Shown: positions 63,011 to 64,000 of the stretch, one piece after another | How the letters are laid out: the number at the start of each line of letters is the position of its first letter | How positions within the stretch are numbered: the first letter of the stretch is position 1 | Assembly (NCBI GenBank): GCA_041937175.2 | Contig: CP166615.1 | Coordinates: 3,616,001-3,680,000 of the forward strand | DNA from: Limnothrix sp. BL-A-16 | GTDB taxonomy: Bacteria > Cyanobacteriota > Cyanobacteriia > CACIAM-69d | DNA: 64,000 nucleotides | Reading direction: 5' to 3' | The notes under the pieces: generated by a model | Told to the model about the DNA's origin: nothing | The model's database searches: none | The model's input: only the letters and a program-made list of their open reading frames with translations | Program-made: the position numbers and the translations under genes

Positions 63011-63133
63011 CTCGCTAATTCGTAGTCACTGGATTAATAATCATTTGATTAATGGTCACCTGATTAGCGGTCATTTGATTGTGATTGAATCAATTCTTTT
63101 GCCAGCGCGCTCACTAGCGTTGCAACCGACCCC

Positions 63134-64000
63134 ATGCCCAAAAAAACTCCCCTTTCCTGGCTATTATTGGTGCGCCAGAAAAGTCGCCTCATTGTAGCCA
63201 CCGCTGGCATTGCCTTTGCTGATATTTTGATGTTCATGCAGTTGGGGTTCCAAAGTGGCCTGTACGACGCAGCCATCAAGCCTCACCGTAACCTTGACGC
63301 GGATTTAATCCTGATTAATCCTCAGTTTCGGACACTGTTTTCGGTCAAAAGCTTCCAACGCGAACGGCTCTATCAGGCTCGAGCATTGCCCGACGTGAAA
63401 GAGGTCAGTTCCATTTACATCAACACCGGTCAATGGCGTAATCCAGAAACCCGTGAAAGTCGCGCCATTTTGGTTTGGGGCGTGGAACCTGGAAAGCCCA
63501 GTTTCAAGCTGCCGGAAGTGGAACAGCAACTCACCGAAATTACCCTGCTGAAAACAGTTTTATTTGATCAGGCGGGACGACCAGAATATGGCACGGTGGC
63601 CGATTGGTTAGCCCGATCGCCCCAGGGCTTAGAAGTGGAGTTGAGCGATCGGCTCTTGAATGTCAGCGGTACTTTCACCCTGGGGGCATCGTTTGCGGCG
63701 GATGGCAACACGATCGTCAGTGATTCCACCTTTTTGCATTTGTTTCCCGATCGCTCCGCCAGCAACATTGAAGTGGGTTTGATTCAACTGCAACCGGGTA
63801 GCGATCCGGTGGTAATGCAACAAAAACTATCTGCCTTTTTGCCCAAAGATGTGCGAGTTTTGACCGTTGAAGAATTTGCCAACGTTGAAAAGCAATATTG
63901 GGCTGAAGGAACCGGCATTGGTTTCATTTTTGGGCTTGGGGCCATCATGGGCTTCATTGTGGGCATCGTAATTGTTTATCAGATTCTCTATTCTGATGTG
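63134..64000 (+). CDS. devC: DevC-family ABC exporter permease (runs off the window)
   Basis: Translated by eye from ATG 63134: MPKKTPLSW..AGIAFADILMFMQLGF..IVYQILYSDV. Confidence 0.9.
   Translation, partial: MPKKTPLSWLLLVRQKSRLIVATAGIAFADILMFMQLGFQSGLYDAAIKPHRNLDADLILINPQFRTLFSVKSFQRERLYQARALPDVKEVSSIYINTGQWRNPETRESRAILVWGVEPGKPSFKLPEVEQQLTEITLLKTVLFDQAGRPEYGTVADWLARSPQGLEVELSDRLLNVSGTFTLGASFAADGNTIVSDSTFLHLFPDRSASNIEVGLIQLQPGSDPVVMQQKLSAFLPKDVRVLTVEEFANVEKQYWAEGTGIGFIFGLGAIMGFIVGIVIVYQILYSDV

Overview
Cyanobacterial chromosome segment: phycocyanin operon, psbO, petF, fur, metH, gifA, and dense HIP1 GCGATCGC sites. It looks like a fairly GC-rich filamentous strain, but the genus is not established from this window. 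Most of 16.7-64 kb is ordinary core genome, while 3.7-16.6 kb is accessory. The accessory part holds (i) a sulfide:quinone oxidoreductase cluster with ArsR, a Tll0287-like c-heme protein, DUF302 and an Acr3/SBF transporter, (ii) a FIST sensor plus a sensor-less histidine kinase, and (iii) two MNT-HEPN toxin-antitoxin pairs, the second apparently truncated. It also holds (iv) an AT-rich, apparently HIP1-free four-gene operon: unknown 210-aa protein, QatC/Cap9-like QueC enzyme, XRE-ImmA/IrrE metallopeptidase, PIN nuclease. This operon is the best candidate for an undescribed defence system. Other notable items: a 193-bp IS200/IS605-derived element with an omegaRNA-like end inside the cpcB-cpcA spacer; a TA-duplicating MITE inserted into a REP-like palindrome; and a Rab-like GTPase next to a membrane protein that joins a longin/roadblock-like domain to BON/OmpA domains. 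All family calls come from motif recognition by eye; no searches were run.
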